From Candidatus Bipolaricaulota bacterium (lineage in GTDB: Bacteria; Patescibacteriota; Patescibacteriia; UBA11705; DATKZF01): a stretch of 64,000 nucleotides of DNA. Position numbers and translations under genes: made by a program. The stretch spans positions 423,089-487,088 of the forward strand of contig DATKZF010000003.1 in NCBI GenBank assembly GCA_035528115.1, read 5' to 3'. Below the pieces are notes generated by a model. The model was not told where the DNA came from. It ran no database searches and worked only from the letters and a program-made list of their open reading frames with translations. Positions 31,232-41,227 of the stretch are shown here, piece after piece; position 1 is the first letter of the stretch, and each line of letters opens with the position of its first letter.

Positions 31232-32512
31232 TTATTTTTTATGTTCTTCCTTTTCGGCCGGAGTTTCTTCGACCTCGGCTTCAGGTTCTTTCGCGTCGCC
31301 GACCTCATCATCTATCGAGGTCTTTTTTGTTTTTTCCGCGCCTTTGGCGTCAGCGGAAATTTCTTTGCCTGTTTCTTCTTCTTTAATATTGATTTTCCAA
31401 CCAGTTAATTTCGAAGCCAGTCTGACGTTCTGTCCTTCGCGGCCGATGGTCAGAGACAATTGGTCTTGAGGCACGGTCACGGTGGCGATTTTCGCTTCTT
31501 CATCCAAGCTGATCGATGAGACTTGAGCCGGCAGCAAAGCATTGGTTATATATTTGGCCGGATTTTCGTCGTATTTGATAATGTCTATTTTTTCTCCGTT
31601 AAGCTCGCTGATGATCGTTTGAATTCGCGCGCCCTTTTGGCCGACGCAGGAGCCGATCGGGTCAATGTTGTCGCTCTCGGTATGGACCGCCACTTTTGAT
31701 CTGGAGCCGGCTTCGCGGGCGATGGCCTTAATTTCAATGACGTCGCTGGCTATTTCAGGGATTTCCACCTTGAATAATTTTTTCACCAGATTGTCGTTTT
31801 TTCTGGAAACGATAATTTCCGGTCCCTTGGTCGTCAAGGAAACGGACACGACGTAAACTTTTAAGCGATCACCGATTTTGTATCTTTCCGAGCGGATTTG
31901 TTCTTCTTGCGGCATGATCGTGGTCGCGTGGTCGATGTCGATTACTATATTTCGACCTTCTCTTTTTTGCACCATGCCGTTAAGCAATTCGCCTTCTTTT
32001 TCTTTGAATTGCTGATATAAAACATTTCTTTCCGCTTCGCGTAATCGTTGAATGATCACTTGTTTCGCCGTTTGCGCGGCCATGCGGCCGAAATCTCCGG
32101 GCAATTCAAGTTTGGTTTTTAAGATGGCGCCGACCTTGGCCGTTTTTTTAAGGGCTTTGGCGTCTTTCAATTCTATTTCGGTTTTCGGATTGAATCTGCG
32201 AATATCTTCATGCTCGGGCATGTCTTCCGATTTTACCCCTTGTTCCCGCAAATCTTCTCGTTCCTTTCTTATGTTTTCAATGGTTTCGAGTTCTTCTTCG
32301 GTCAGATCATCAACCACTTCCTTAACATCAAAAACCTTGAATTTGCCGGTTTCCAAATTCAATTCCACCTGAATGTTTTGATTTTTTTCGCCATAATCTT
32401 TTCTGAAAGCCGCGGCCAAAGCGGATTCGATGGTTTCAATCACCGATTCCTCGGAAATGTTTTTTTCCGCGCAGATTTGTTTAATGGCGATTCGAGCATC
32501 TTCTGTAAGCAT
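31232..32512 (-). CDS. nusA: Transcription factor NusA
   Basis: FGRMAAQTAKQVIIQ, AREAGSRSK, IGREGQNVRLA. Confidence 0.97.
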   Translation of the reverse strand: MLTEDARIAIKQICAEKNISEESVIETIESALAAAFRKDYGEKNQNIQVELNLETGKFKVFDVKEVVDDLTEEELETIENIRKEREDLREQGVKSEDMPEHEDIRRFNPKTEIELKDAKALKKTAKVGAILKTKLELPGDFGRMAAQTAKQVIIQRLREAERNVLYQQFKEKEGELLNGMVQKREGRNIVIDIDHATTIMPQEEQIRSERYKIGDRLKVYVVSVSLTTKGPEIIVSRKNDNLVKKLFKVEIPEIASDVIEIKAIAREAGSRSKVAVHTESDNIDPIGSCVGQKGARIQTIISELNGEKIDIIKYDENPAKYITNALLPAQVSSISLDEEAKIATVTVPQDQLSLTIGREGQNVRLASKLTGWKINIKEEETGKEISADAKGAEKTKKTSIDDEVGDAKEPEAEVEETPAEKEEHKK

Positions 32513-32769
32513 ATTTTTTGAAAAAAGCTTTAAATTTCCTGATTTATCGCTTTTTTGTTAATTTAATAAAAAAAGCCAGTTTATTCATAAACCAGCCTAT
32601 TTTTAAATTATCACAAAGCGCGTTCTTTGGCAAGCGATTTCGGTGTCTTGCTAAAAAATAGTCTTTATGTTAAGCTAAGCAAAGTAAAATATTAATCGAA
32701 ACCGATTTTGTCATTTTTGAACCATCAATAAACCTCTCGGTTTATTGCAAAACCGGACCAGATTTCATT

Positions 32770-33276
32770 ATGATTGAACAGCACTATGAGTTGCTTTACA
32801 TTATTCCCGTAAAATTCGTCGGCGAAGAACAGGACAAAATAATGGAAAAAGCGACCGCAATCGTCAAAGACAACGGAGGAGAAATCACCAAGAACGTAAT
32901 TTTCAGCAAGCAAAGATTGGCGTACCCTATCGCGCAAGTCCATCAAGGCACTTACGTGATCATCGAATTCGACGCGAAAACATCGGACGTGCAAAAAATG
33001 CATGAAGTTTTAGCGTTGACGCCGGAAGTTTTAAGGCACATGATCGTGACTAAAAAGAAGATGACGGCCGAAGAGATCATGGCGCAAAACAGCAAAAAAG
33101 AGCGCATCGCTCAATCGGAGAAAAAGGAAAAGGAGCAAGACATTCAAAAGAAAGTCGAAGAAGTTCATGCGGAAGTCAAAGAAAGTCCGAAAGAATCCAA
33201 AAAAGACAAATTAAGTTTGGAGGATTTGGATAAAAAATTGGATGAGATATTAAAAGACGATATTTCCGGAGTTTAA
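32770..33276 (+). CDS. rpsF: 30S ribosomal protein S6 with charged C-terminal extension
   Basis: HYELLYI, RLAYPI, VLRHMI; rpsF-ssb-rpsR synteny. Confidence 0.93.
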   Translation: MIEQHYELLYIIPVKFVGEEQDKIMEKATAIVKDNGGEITKNVIFSKQRLAYPIAQVHQGTYVIIEFDAKTSDVQKMHEVLALTPEVLRHMIVTKKKMTAEEIMAQNSKKERIAQSEKKEKEQDIQKKVEEVHAEVKESPKESKKDKLSLEDLDKKLDEILKDDISGV

Positions 33277-33376
33277 ATAAAATAATGCGATGCGAATGAC
33301 GCGAATTACATGCGAATTATGCTAATTAAGCAAATATTCGCATCATTCGCATTATTCGTATATTAGCATCGATAAT

Positions 33377-33829
33377 ATGAATTTAAACAAAGCCATGATC
33401 ATCGGCAATTTGACCAGAGATCCGGAAGTTCGAAGCACGCCGCAAGGATTGAACGTCGCTTCGTTTTCCGTGGCCACCAATTTGATTTGGAATGACTCGA
33501 ACGGTCAGCGTCAGGAAAAAGTTGAATATCATAATGTGGTCGCCTGGAGAAAATTGGCGGATATTTGCGCGCAATATTTAAAGAAAGGCGGCAAAGTGTA
33601 TATCGAGGGCAGATTGCAAACCAGAGATTGGGAAGGACAAGACGGAGTGCGAAGATATCGGACGGAAATAATCGCTGAAAACATGATCATGCTTGACCGC
33701 CAAGGAGCTTCCGCGGGAGGCGCGGCGCGCGGCGCCGAAGAAAATATCGCTCCGGACAATTCACCGGCTCCGGCCGCATCGAGCGATGAATCAAACGATG
33801 AGATAAAAATTGAAAATATTCCTTTTTAA
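33377..33829 (+). CDS. ssb: Single-stranded DNA-binding protein
   Basis: NKAMIIGNLTRDPE, IEGRLQTR, IPF tail. Confidence 0.98.
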   Translation: MNLNKAMIIGNLTRDPEVRSTPQGLNVASFSVATNLIWNDSNGQRQEKVEYHNVVAWRKLADICAQYLKKGGKVYIEGRLQTRDWEGQDGVRRYRTEIIAENMIMLDRQGASAGGAARGAEENIAPDNSPAPAASSDESNDEIKIENIPF

Positions 33830-33856
33830 TCGTTACAAATTTACGAATTTCGTACA

Positions 33857-33876
33857 CCTGCCTGCCGGCAGGCAGG
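33857..33876. repeat. 20-bp perfect palindrome CCTGCCTGCCGGCAGGCAGG
   Basis: Also at 35014 and 51204-51243 (double), split at 3828, partial at 41097 and 42414. Confidence 0.9.
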
Positions 33877-34001
33877 AATATTACAAATGGTTACGAATTA
33901 TTTTCAGCACGGATTTGTTATGAACGTTTTCTAATTTGTACCATTATTATGATATTGTACTATCCTGTATGCGAATCTCGTACATCTCGTAACCAATAAT
34001 T

Positions 34002-34229
34002 ATGATCAGAAAAAATACCGTTAAAAAAGACAAGGCTTGCTATTTTTGCGTGAATACCATGCAAGAGGTCGACTATAAGGAAGGCCAAATGCTGCAAAAA
34101 TTCATTTCTTCTTATGGCAAGATCGCGCCGCAAAGGCGCAGCGGACTTTGCGCCAAACATCAACGCAAAGTGGCGCAGGCGGTCAAGCGAGCCAGAATCA
34201 TGGCCTTGCTGCCGTTTGTGGTTAAATAA
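34002..34229 (+). CDS. rpsR: 30S ribosomal protein S18 (Zn-binding form)
   Basis: CYFC, VDYK, GKI, CAKHQR, KRAR.MALLPF. Confidence 0.97.
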   Translation: MIRKNTVKKDKACYFCVNTMQEVDYKEGQMLQKFISSYGKIAPQRRSGLCAKHQRKVAQAVKRARIMALLPFVVK

Positions 34230-34323
34230 GCGACGCGAATATAGCAACGAACATGAGAATGACGCGAAGGAAAGCGCCAGTGTTCGCATCATTCGTGTTG
34301 TTTCGCGTCATTAGCATCGAATT

Positions 34324-34890
34324 ATGTCATCAATAGATTCATTGCACGGCATTAAAGTCGGCACGACAATCGATTACGAAGGCGAACCCTACGTGGTTGT
34401 TTCCGCCAATTTTATGCGTTGCCAACAGCGAAAACCGGTGATGCAGACGAAAATGAAAAATTTGATCAACGGCAAGGTGATTGAATACAGTTTCAAGCCC
34501 GGCGATAAAATCGAGTCGGCGAATCTGGATCGCGTCACCGCCAATTATTTGTATACCGAGGGCAATGAATGCTATTTCATGGACAATGAATCTTTTGAAC
34601 AATTTTCTTTGGAGGCTTCGGCGCTCGGCAATATGACCAGCTTTTTGATTGAAGGCCGAGACGTTGATTTGTTGAAATTCAACGGCAAGCCGGTGTCCGT
34701 GGAATTGCCGAAAAAAGTGGAATTGAAAGTGACTGAAGCGGCTCCCGGCATTAAAGGAGACAGTTCTCAAGGCGCGACCAAACAAATCACTTTGGAAACC
34801 GGCGCGCAAATGCAAGCTCCGTTGTTCATTAAAGAAGGAGACATTATCAGAGTGAACACGGAAACCGGAGAATACGTGGAACGCGTTTAA
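34324..34890 (+). CDS. efp: Elongation factor P
   Basis: YFMD.ESFEQ, PGIKGD, LETG, PLFIKEGD, T.TGEYVERV. Confidence 0.96.
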   Translation: MSSIDSLHGIKVGTTIDYEGEPYVVVSANFMRCQQRKPVMQTKMKNLINGKVIEYSFKPGDKIESANLDRVTANYLYTEGNECYFMDNESFEQFSLEASALGNMTSFLIEGRDVDLLKFNGKPVSVELPKKVELKVTEAAPGIKGDSSQGATKQITLETGAQMQAPLFIKEGDIIRVNTETGEYVERV

Positions 34891-34981
34891 GTCATGGAGC
34901 ATGAAACATGAATCATGGATCAAATGAAATAGCCGTGTCAGGCAGGCCAAACAATATCTAAATTAATTTTTTTAAGTAAAT

Positions 34982-35068
34982 AAAAAATCGCCACTGCTTT
35001 TATGAGATCCCTGCCTGCCTGCCGGCAGGCAGGCTTCCGCGAGGATGACAATGAGGTGGTGATTTTTT
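34982..35068. terminator. Terminator hairpin with a REP-like element in its loop
   Basis: aaaaaatcgccac..gtggtgatttttt enclosing gagatccc..gcgaggatgac; homologous to 41081 and 42384. Confidence 0.7.
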
Positions 35069-35079
35069 GTTTGTTCAAT

Positions 35080-35841
35080 TTATTCCGCCTTGGTCAAATA
35101 GCTCAGATCGCTGTCAGTAATGCCGAGTCCCAATTCTCTCATTATATTGTAAGCATCAGCCGGTCTGCCCAAATAATATTTTTTTCTGTCTTTGGGGTAG
35201 ATGTAATAAGCTTCGCCGTTTTTTTCAACATCCAAAAGTATTCTGCCAACCACGTGATCGGGGAAGTATGAGGTGTTTTCGATAAAGTCATGCGTGGCGC
35301 CCAGCCCGAGCTCGCGCATTATTTTGAACGCGTCTTCCGCCCGGCCAAGGTAGTAGCCTTTGTTATTAACCGGATAGTAATAATAAGCTTCGCCGCGGCT
35401 TTGCACCTGCAAGAAAATATAACCGCGATACTTGGCCAGATTAGGAACGCCGTAGCCGGATTGGGTTTTGGTTTGAGTCTGAGTCTGAGTCTGAGTCTGT
35501 GTGAGAGCCGCCGTGGTTTTTGACATCAGTCTTGCTCCCACCCAGCCGACTGTTCCGTCAGCCAATTGAACTTTGTACCAGCCGTCCGTTTCGCCGATGA
35601 TTTTTATCACCGAGCCGGCCGTGGCCGTGGTTAAAATGGTCGTGCCTTCCATGCAAGCGTTGTTTCTGACAAACGCGGAAGTGTCCACCCGCCCGTTTTC
35701 ATTTCTTTCGTAAATCGGGTCTTGGTAGCAGCCTTCGCCGGCTAAAACGTTTGCCGGGGCGATTAAAGTAATTGCGCAGACAATTGCCAGGCATAAGAAT
35801 AGTTTCTTTACCATAGATTTATAGTTATTTTTTATGTTCAT
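35080..35841 (-). CDS. Secreted SH3-domain protein with TQ linker and two GEAYY repeats
   Basis: Signal peptide; GWYKV...G..GWV SH3b motif; duplicated L.V...GEAYY.YP......YLGR..DA..IMRELGLG. Confidence 0.8.
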   Translation of the reverse strand: MNIKNNYKSMVKKLFLCLAIVCAITLIAPANVLAGEGCYQDPIYERNENGRVDTSAFVRNNACMEGTTILTTATAGSVIKIIGETDGWYKVQLADGTVGWVGARLMSKTTAALTQTQTQTQTQTKTQSGYGVPNLAKYRGYIFLQVQSRGEAYYYYPVNNKGYYLGRAEDAFKIMRELGLGATHDFIENTSYFPDHVVGRILLDVEKNGEAYYIYPKDRKKYYLGRPADAYNIMRELGLGITDSDLSYLTKAE

Positions 35842-35858
35842 CTATGTTGACGAGAATT

Positions 35859-36212
35859 CTATGTTTTGATTACATTGTTTTTATCTTTTTTAAATAGATA
35901 TCTAATGCCAAATGGAACTAAAATAACTCCAGCGGCTAATGAGAAAGTCTGTAAATATTCAATACTAAAATAAAAAATTGGGTTGTCATATTTGCAATAG
36001 CTGACTTCTGGAGGAAATTGTAATTTTTGTTCCGCAGTTCGTTCAGGGTAACTGATACAGTTTTCTAGTTTTTTATAATAATCTAATGATCTTATCCAAC
36101 TTGTTAAAACGAAAATAATAATAGGAATTAGAATTAATAAAAGGCCGATTTTAATATTGCGCCTTGAACTTTCGCTTTTTGTTAGTTGAGGAGCATTTTG
36201 ATTGATTTTCAT
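35859..36212 (-). CDS. Hypothetical 2-TM protein (AT-rich)
   Basis: 117-aa ORF co-oriented between msrB and the SH3 gene. Confidence 0.6.
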   Translation of the reverse strand: MKINQNAPQLTKSESSRRNIKIGLLLILIPIIIFVLTSWIRSLDYYKKLENCISYPERTAEQKLQFPPEVSYCKYDNPIFYFSIEYLQTFSLAAGVILVPFGIRYLFKKDKNNVIKT

Positions 36213-36225
36213 GTTTTTATTTTTT

Positions 36226-36648
36226 TTACGTAAATTTCAAGGCAACTGAATTAATACAATATCTTTTGCCGGTCGGTGGCGGGCCATCGTCAAACACATG
36301 GCCAAGGTGCGCTTCGCATCTGGCGCATTTGACTTCGGTTCTTTTATAATCCAGGCTGTTGTCTTTTTCATAAGCGACGTTATGCTCGTCAATCGGTTCG
36401 AAAAAGCTTGGCCAGCCCGTGCCCGATTCGAACTTGGTGTCGATTAAAAATAAATCCGCGCCGCAGCAAACGCATTTATACAGGCCGGCTTTATGCTTTT
36501 CGGTCGAGCAGGAAAACGGCGCTTCTGTTTCTTTTTGTCTGGTGATGGCAAATTGCTCGGGTGTCAAGATTTTTTTCCATTCATTATCGGATTTTTCCAC
36601 TTTCTCGACCTCGATCAGTTTGTTTTGTTTGTAGTCGAATATTTGCAT
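36226..36648 (-). CDS. msrB: Peptide methionine sulfoxide reductase B
   Basis: KFESGTGWPSF, HLGHVFDDGP, RYCINS. Confidence 0.97.
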   Translation of the reverse strand: MQIFDYKQNKLIEVEKVEKSDNEWKKILTPEQFAITRQKETEAPFSCSTEKHKAGLYKCVCCGADLFLIDTKFESGTGWPSFFEPIDEHNVAYEKDNSLDYKRTEVKCARCEAHLGHVFDDGPPPTGKRYCINSVALKFT

Positions 36649-36758
36649 ATTATAAGTATATAAAAATTTTGGGGAATGGACAAATTTTTACTAAATAAAA
36701 AAAGTCCCCAAGGGACTCCAATTTTTTTATATTTTATTTTTGATATTTAATATTAGGC

Positions 36759-36833
36759 TGGTACCGCCACGGGGAATCGAACCCCGGTTACCAGGATGAA
36801 AACCTGGTGTCCTAACCACTAGACGATGGCGGC
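36759..36833 (-). tRNA. tRNA-Glu(TTC)
   Basis: gccgccatcgtctagtggttaggacaccaggt-TTC-atcctggtaaccggggttcgattccccgtggcggtacca; cloverleaf with encoded CCA. Confidence 0.97.
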
Positions 36834-37065
36834 GTGTATGATAAATTTTCAGTGTTCGGTTCAAAAATCACAAAATGACGTTGTTATTATAGCAATATCA
36901 AAACATCTAGTCAATATGCCCAAAGTCGGCAAATTACTTGAAAAATTTCAATAAATCAGTTAGAATGAGTAAGAACTAATTATCATGAAACATGAATCAT
37001 GGATCATGAATCATTGATCAAGGCGAATTGATACATGATATGTGATACATGACACGTGAAAAAAT

Positions 37066-37308
37066 ATGGGAGTACCAAAACATCGAAGAACGCATTCGAA
37101 AGCCAGAATGGGCAGAGCTCATAAGAAGATGAGCAGCTTGCAAGGAGCCAAATGCTCCAATTGCGAGCAGCCTGTTTTGCCTCATCAAATCTGCGAGGCC
37201 TGCGGTTATTACAAAGGCAAGCAAGCCATCAGAACCAAGGCGGAATTGGCTTCAAAGCGCGTGGCTAAGAAAAAGGCGAGGGAAGATAAAATGAAGACGA
37301 AAAAATAA
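37066..37308 (+). CDS. rpmF: 50S ribosomal protein L32
   Basis: MGVPKHR, CSNC..PHQICEACGYYKG. Confidence 0.96.
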   Translation: MGVPKHRRTHSKARMGRAHKKMSSLQGAKCSNCEQPVLPHQICEACGYYKGKQAIRTKAELASKRVAKKKAREDKMKTKK

Positions 37309-37388
37309 TTAACTATTCAACGTTTTGCGATTGATAAATCGACGCGTTTTTCGCTTCGAACAAAATCGCGGATAAAAATTTTGAAAAT

Positions 37389-39398
37389 ATGGATATCACC
37401 ATTATTTTGGCGTTAATTGCCTCGCTCGTGGCAATCATTTACGGACTCATCCTGATCGGGTCAATATTAAAGAAGAGTCCTGGTTCGGATAAAATGCAGG
37501 AGATCGCCAAGGCCATCCAGGAAGGCGCGTCCGCTTATTTGAACAGACAATACCGCACCATCACCATTATCGCGGCCATAGTAGCGGTAGTGCTGTGGCT
37601 CGCCCTGGGCTGGAAGACCGCGCTGGGATTTTTAATCGGCGCGATTTTATCCGGATTGGCCGGCTACATCGGTATGAATATTTCCGTTAGAGCCAATGTC
37701 AGGACGGCTGAGGCGGCCAAACAAGGGTTGGCCAAAGCGCTTAATGTGGCTGTCCAAGGCGGAGCTGTGACCGGACTATTGGTCGTGGGCCTCGGACTTT
37801 TGGGCGTGGCCGGATTCTACGCGCTGACCGGCGACGTTAAGGCCTTGATCGGCTTGGGCTTCGGCGGCAGTTTGATTTCCGTTTTCGCCAGACTGGGCGG
37901 CGGCATTTACACCAAGGCCGCTGACGTGGGCGCGGATTTGGTGGGCAAAGTCGAAGCCGGCATTCCCGAAGACGATCCGAGAAATCCGGCTGTCATCGCG
38001 GACAATGTCGGCGACAATGTCGGCGATTGCGCTGGCATGGCCGCTGATTTGTTTGAAACATACGCGGTGACCTCAGTGGCGGCGATGCTGCTCGGCGCGC
38101 TGACTTTCCGAGGTTTTGATAATGGCGTGCTTTACCCGCTGGCTCTGGGAGCGGCCGCGATCATCGCTTCGATCATCGGCACTTTTTTCATCAAACTGGG
38201 TTCAAAGAAAAATATCATGGGCGCTCTCTATAAAGGACTTTTTGTCTCCGGACTTTTGGCGGGCATTATGTTTTATCCGATAACTTCTTGGCTGATGGGA
38301 GACAATACCGAATTTTCAATCATTAATTTATTTTTATGTTCGCTGATCGGTTTGGCGGTCACGGGCGCGCTGGTGGTTATTACCGATTATTACACTTCTC
38401 AAAAATACTCTCCGGTCAAATCAATCGCCAAGGCTTCAAAGACCGGACATGGCACCAATATTATCGCCGGCTTGGCCGTATCCATGAAATCGACTGTCTG
38501 GCCGATTCTGGTTATTGCCGCGGCCGTGCTCGGCGCTTATCAATTGGCCGGCATCTATGGCGTGGCGATCGCGGCCATGGCCATGCTTTCCATGACCGGC
38601 ATTGTGGTGGCCATTGACGCTTACGGACCGATTACCGATAATGCGGGCGGCATCGCGGAAATGGCGGAATTGCCCGAAGACGTGAGAAAAACAACTGACG
38701 CCTTGGACTCGGTGGGCAATACCACGAAAGCGGTGACCAAAGGTTATGCCATCGGTTCGGCCGGTTTGGCCGCGCTGGTTTTATTCGCGGATTTCACTCA
38801 CGCTCTTTCCGAAGGCACCGGTACGAATTTTCAATTTTTATTGAGCGACCCGAAAGTTTTGGTCGGCTTATTTATCGGCGGCTTATTGCCGTATTATTTC
38901 GGCGCCTTGGCCATGAGCGCGGTGGGCAAGACCGCGGGCAAGGTGGTTGAAGAAGTCAGAAGACAATTCAGGGAAATAAAAGGCATCATGAGCGGAGAAG
39001 CCAAACCCGATTATTCAACCTGCGTTGATATCGTGACTAAATCGGCGTTAAAGCAAATGATTTTACCGGCGTTGATTCCATTGCTCGTGCCGATTTTGGT
39101 CGGCTTTATCTTGGGACCGCACGCTTTGGGCGGACTGCTTGTCGGCAGCATTATCACCGGACTTTTCGTGGCCATTTCCATGACCACCGGCGGCGGCGCT
39201 TGGGACAATGCCAAAAAATACATTGAGTCAGGACATTTCGGCGGCAAAGGTTCTCTGGCGCACCAAGCGGCGGTGACCGGCGATACAGTGGGCGATCCTT
39301 ACAAGGACACAGCGGGCCCGGCCATTAATCCGATGATTAAAGTTTTGAATATTGTGGCGTTGCTGATTGTGGGGTTGATTATCAAGCTTTGGGCGTAA
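37389..39398 (+). CDS. hppA: Membrane proton-translocating pyrophosphatase, probably K+-independent
   Basis: [35 protein letters not shown] (Lys determinant), [10 protein letters not shown]. Confidence 0.95.
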   Translation: MDITIILALIASLVAIIYGLILIGSILKKSPGSDKMQEIAKAIQEGASAYLNRQYRTITIIAAIVAVVLWLALGWKTALGFLIGAILSGLAGYIGMNISVRANVRTAEAAKQGLAKALNVAVQGGAVTGLLVVGLGLLGVAGFYALTGDVKALIGLGFGGSLISVFARLGGGIYTKAADVGADLVGKVEAGIPEDDPRNPAVIADNVGDNVGDCAGMAADLFETYAVTSVAAMLLGALTFRGFDNGVLYPLALGAAAIIASIIGTFFIKLGSKKNIMGALYKGLFVSGLLAGIMFYPITSWLMGDNTEFSIINLFLCSLIGLAVTGALVVITDYYTSQKYSPVKSIAKASKTGHGTNIIAGLAVSMKSTVWPILVIAAAVLGAYQLAGIYGVAIAAMAMLSMTGIVVAIDAYGPITDNAGGIAEMAELPEDVRKTTDALDSVGNTTKAVTKGYAIGSAGLAALVLFADFTHALSEGTGTNFQFLLSDPKVLVGLFIGGLLPYYFGALAMSAVGKTAGKVVEEVRRQFREIKGIMSGEAKPDYSTCVDIVTKSALKQMILPALIPLLVPILVGFILGPHALGGLLVGSIITGLFVAISMTTGGGAWDNAKKYIESGHFGGKGSLAHQAAVTGDTVGDPYKDTAGPAINPMIKVLNIVALLIVGLIIKLWA

Positions 39399-39509
39399 GG
39401 GTTACGAATTACGAATTTTGTACGAATGTTACAAATGGTTACTAATAAGGTAGATATGAAAAAAGCGTTCCGAAAGGGGCGCTTTTTGAGTTGTGATTTA
39501 TCGCCAAGC

Positions 39510-39545
39510 GGTTGACTGGGAGGGGTTTTGTTTGTAGGATGAATT
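39510..39545 (+). promoter_or_regulatory. Promoter, copy 1 of a duplicated 36-bp segment
   Basis: TTGACT-17-TAGGAT; 34/36 identical to 41158-41193. Confidence 0.7.
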
Positions 39546-39565
39546 ATAACAGCCAAAGGGATAAT

Positions 39566-40387
39566 ATGAAAAATAATTCAATTAAAATCGGAATTATCGC
39601 GGGGAAAAAAGCGACTGACGCGGCTCTTTGCAAAGCAATACAAAATAATTTTTCCGATACAAATTTTTTTAAATATAAAATACCCGTTAAGGATTGGATA
39701 CCATGGATAATGAAGCGTATTTCCGATAGGGGAATTATGGTTTTGATTGGGAATGTCGCTCTTGCAATGTATTTACGACTGCAAAGGAAATACGAAAATT
39801 TCATCGGCAAATCATTATGGCTTAATTATCGCGGTTCGGTCCCTTCATGGAAGGGAATTGAAGTTAAGCGGCGCTTTTCGGAAGACGAGTTAATTAAAAA
39901 TTTGGCTGAAACGGATTTGGTGATTCTTTTGGATGCGTTTAGATTGTCGCATCATTTTTATCGAAAATTTAAAGGACCGATTTTTCAAATCGTCTGGGGT
40001 TCGCCTCCGGAATATTTGGGGGATTCGGGCGGGTTTTGGGCCTTTGCGATCGGGGACAAGGATAGAGTTGGCGTAAGCATTGTTCGGCGCTCTTCTCAAT
40101 TCGACAATTTTTTCGTTTTGGCGGACAAAAAAATTGAATGTGATGAATTTGAAAATCTCAGAACAATAAAAATAAAGCAGGTGGTTGAAATGGAACGATT
40201 GTTGCCTGAAAAAATAAAATCATTTATAGGAGAACGGGAAGAGACGCTAGTGAAAGAAAGAAGAACGGAGTATTGTCGTATCTTTCGAGCGCCAACGTTC
40301 CGGGAATATCGCAGATTTCTTAAAATGAAAAGGATAAATTCTTTCCCAAAAAATTCGTATTCTGAAAAGCAATGCGTAATCAAATAA
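39566..40387 (+). CDS. Divergent formyltransferase-like protein
   Basis: G..PEYLG..GGFWA...GD...VGVSI....FD resembles the formyltransferase core; start moved to MKNNS. Confidence 0.55.
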   Translation: MKNNSIKIGIIAGKKATDAALCKAIQNNFSDTNFFKYKIPVKDWIPWIMKRISDRGIMVLIGNVALAMYLRLQRKYENFIGKSLWLNYRGSVPSWKGIEVKRRFSEDELIKNLAETDLVILLDAFRLSHHFYRKFKGPIFQIVWGSPPEYLGDSGGFWAFAIGDKDRVGVSIVRRSSQFDNFFVLADKKIECDEFENLRTIKIKQVVEMERLLPEKIKSFIGEREETLVKERRTEYCRIFRAPTFREYRRFLKMKRINSFPKNSYSEKQCVIK

Positions 40388-40391
40388 AAAT

Positions 40392-41069
40392 ATGGATATT
40401 TCAAAAAGAAAAGTTTTAATTTTTTCTCTTGCGGGATTGCTTTCGTCTCTTTTTTTGCATGAGCGAAATTTATATTCGGACGCGGCCTTTCCCATCTCCG
40501 TTCGCGTCACCTTATTGCGTTTTTTTATTATCGCCTTCCCTTTATTGCTGGGCTTTCTGATTGCCAAACAAAAAAAACTTAATTTGCCCAAAATTATTTT
40601 TTTGATTTTATGGACAATATTCATCCCTTATACGATTTATTCAATATCGGAAATAAGGCATGTGGCGGAATTATGCAGATTGCCTGAAAATATTTTTTAT
40701 ACCGAGATGTGCCTTGAGCGAGCATGGTCGTTAATCCCCACTTTTATATATGCTTTTGGCGGAGTGATGATTTTCGTTTTTTCCGTTGTTCAAGTCGCTT
40801 CATCTCTTTACTCAAAATCAATCAAAAAACAGCTATGCATTCTTGCCCTGTGCGCTTACGCTTCATTCGCCAGCGTTTTCGGATTATATACCAGATTTAA
40901 TGTTTGGGATGGAATACTCCATCCGGTCACGGCGGTGAAATTAGCCGTAGACTCTTTTTCTCTCCCCTGGTTTATATCAAATTTTCTTATTTTCACTTTG
41001 TTTTTCATGGGTATTGTTTTCGTGGTCAATAAAATTTTAAGACACGCGAAGGAATATATTGCTGAATAA
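40392..41069 (+). CDS. DUF1361-like membrane protein
   Basis: W..F.P...Y...E..H and G.Y.RFN.WD....P motifs; multi-TM. Confidence 0.65.
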   Translation: MDISKRKVLIFSLAGLLSSLFLHERNLYSDAAFPISVRVTLLRFFIIAFPLLLGFLIAKQKKLNLPKIIFLILWTIFIPYTIYSISEIRHVAELCRLPENIFYTEMCLERAWSLIPTFIYAFGGVMIFVFSVVQVASSLYSKSIKKQLCILALCAYASFASVFGLYTRFNVWDGILHPVTAVKLAVDSFSLPWFISNFLIFTLFFMGIVFVVNKILRHAKEYIAE

Positions 41070-41080
41070 AAATTTTATAT

Positions 41081-41147
41081 AAAAAAACCGTCACCGCTGC
41101 CTGCCGGCAGAATTTCTCGGGAATGACAGACAGGTGATGGCTTTTTG
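41081..41147. terminator. Terminator/REP composite, copy
   Basis: aaaaaaaccgtcac..gggaatgacagacaggtgatggcttttt. Confidence 0.65.
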
Positions 41148-41157
41148 CTTGAGGTGA

Positions 41158-41193
41158 GGTTGACTGGGAGGGGTTTTGTTCGTAGAATGAATT
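41158..41193 (+). promoter_or_regulatory. Promoter, copy 2
   Basis: TTGACT-17-TAGAAT. Confidence 0.7.
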
Positions 41194-41227
41194 GAGGTGG
41201 CTATAGAAGTTAGTTAGGTGCAATAAT

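Noticed and set aside
35080-36833. tRNA-Glu-anchored integrative element
   Set aside because: No duplicated tRNA 3' end and no integrase seen.
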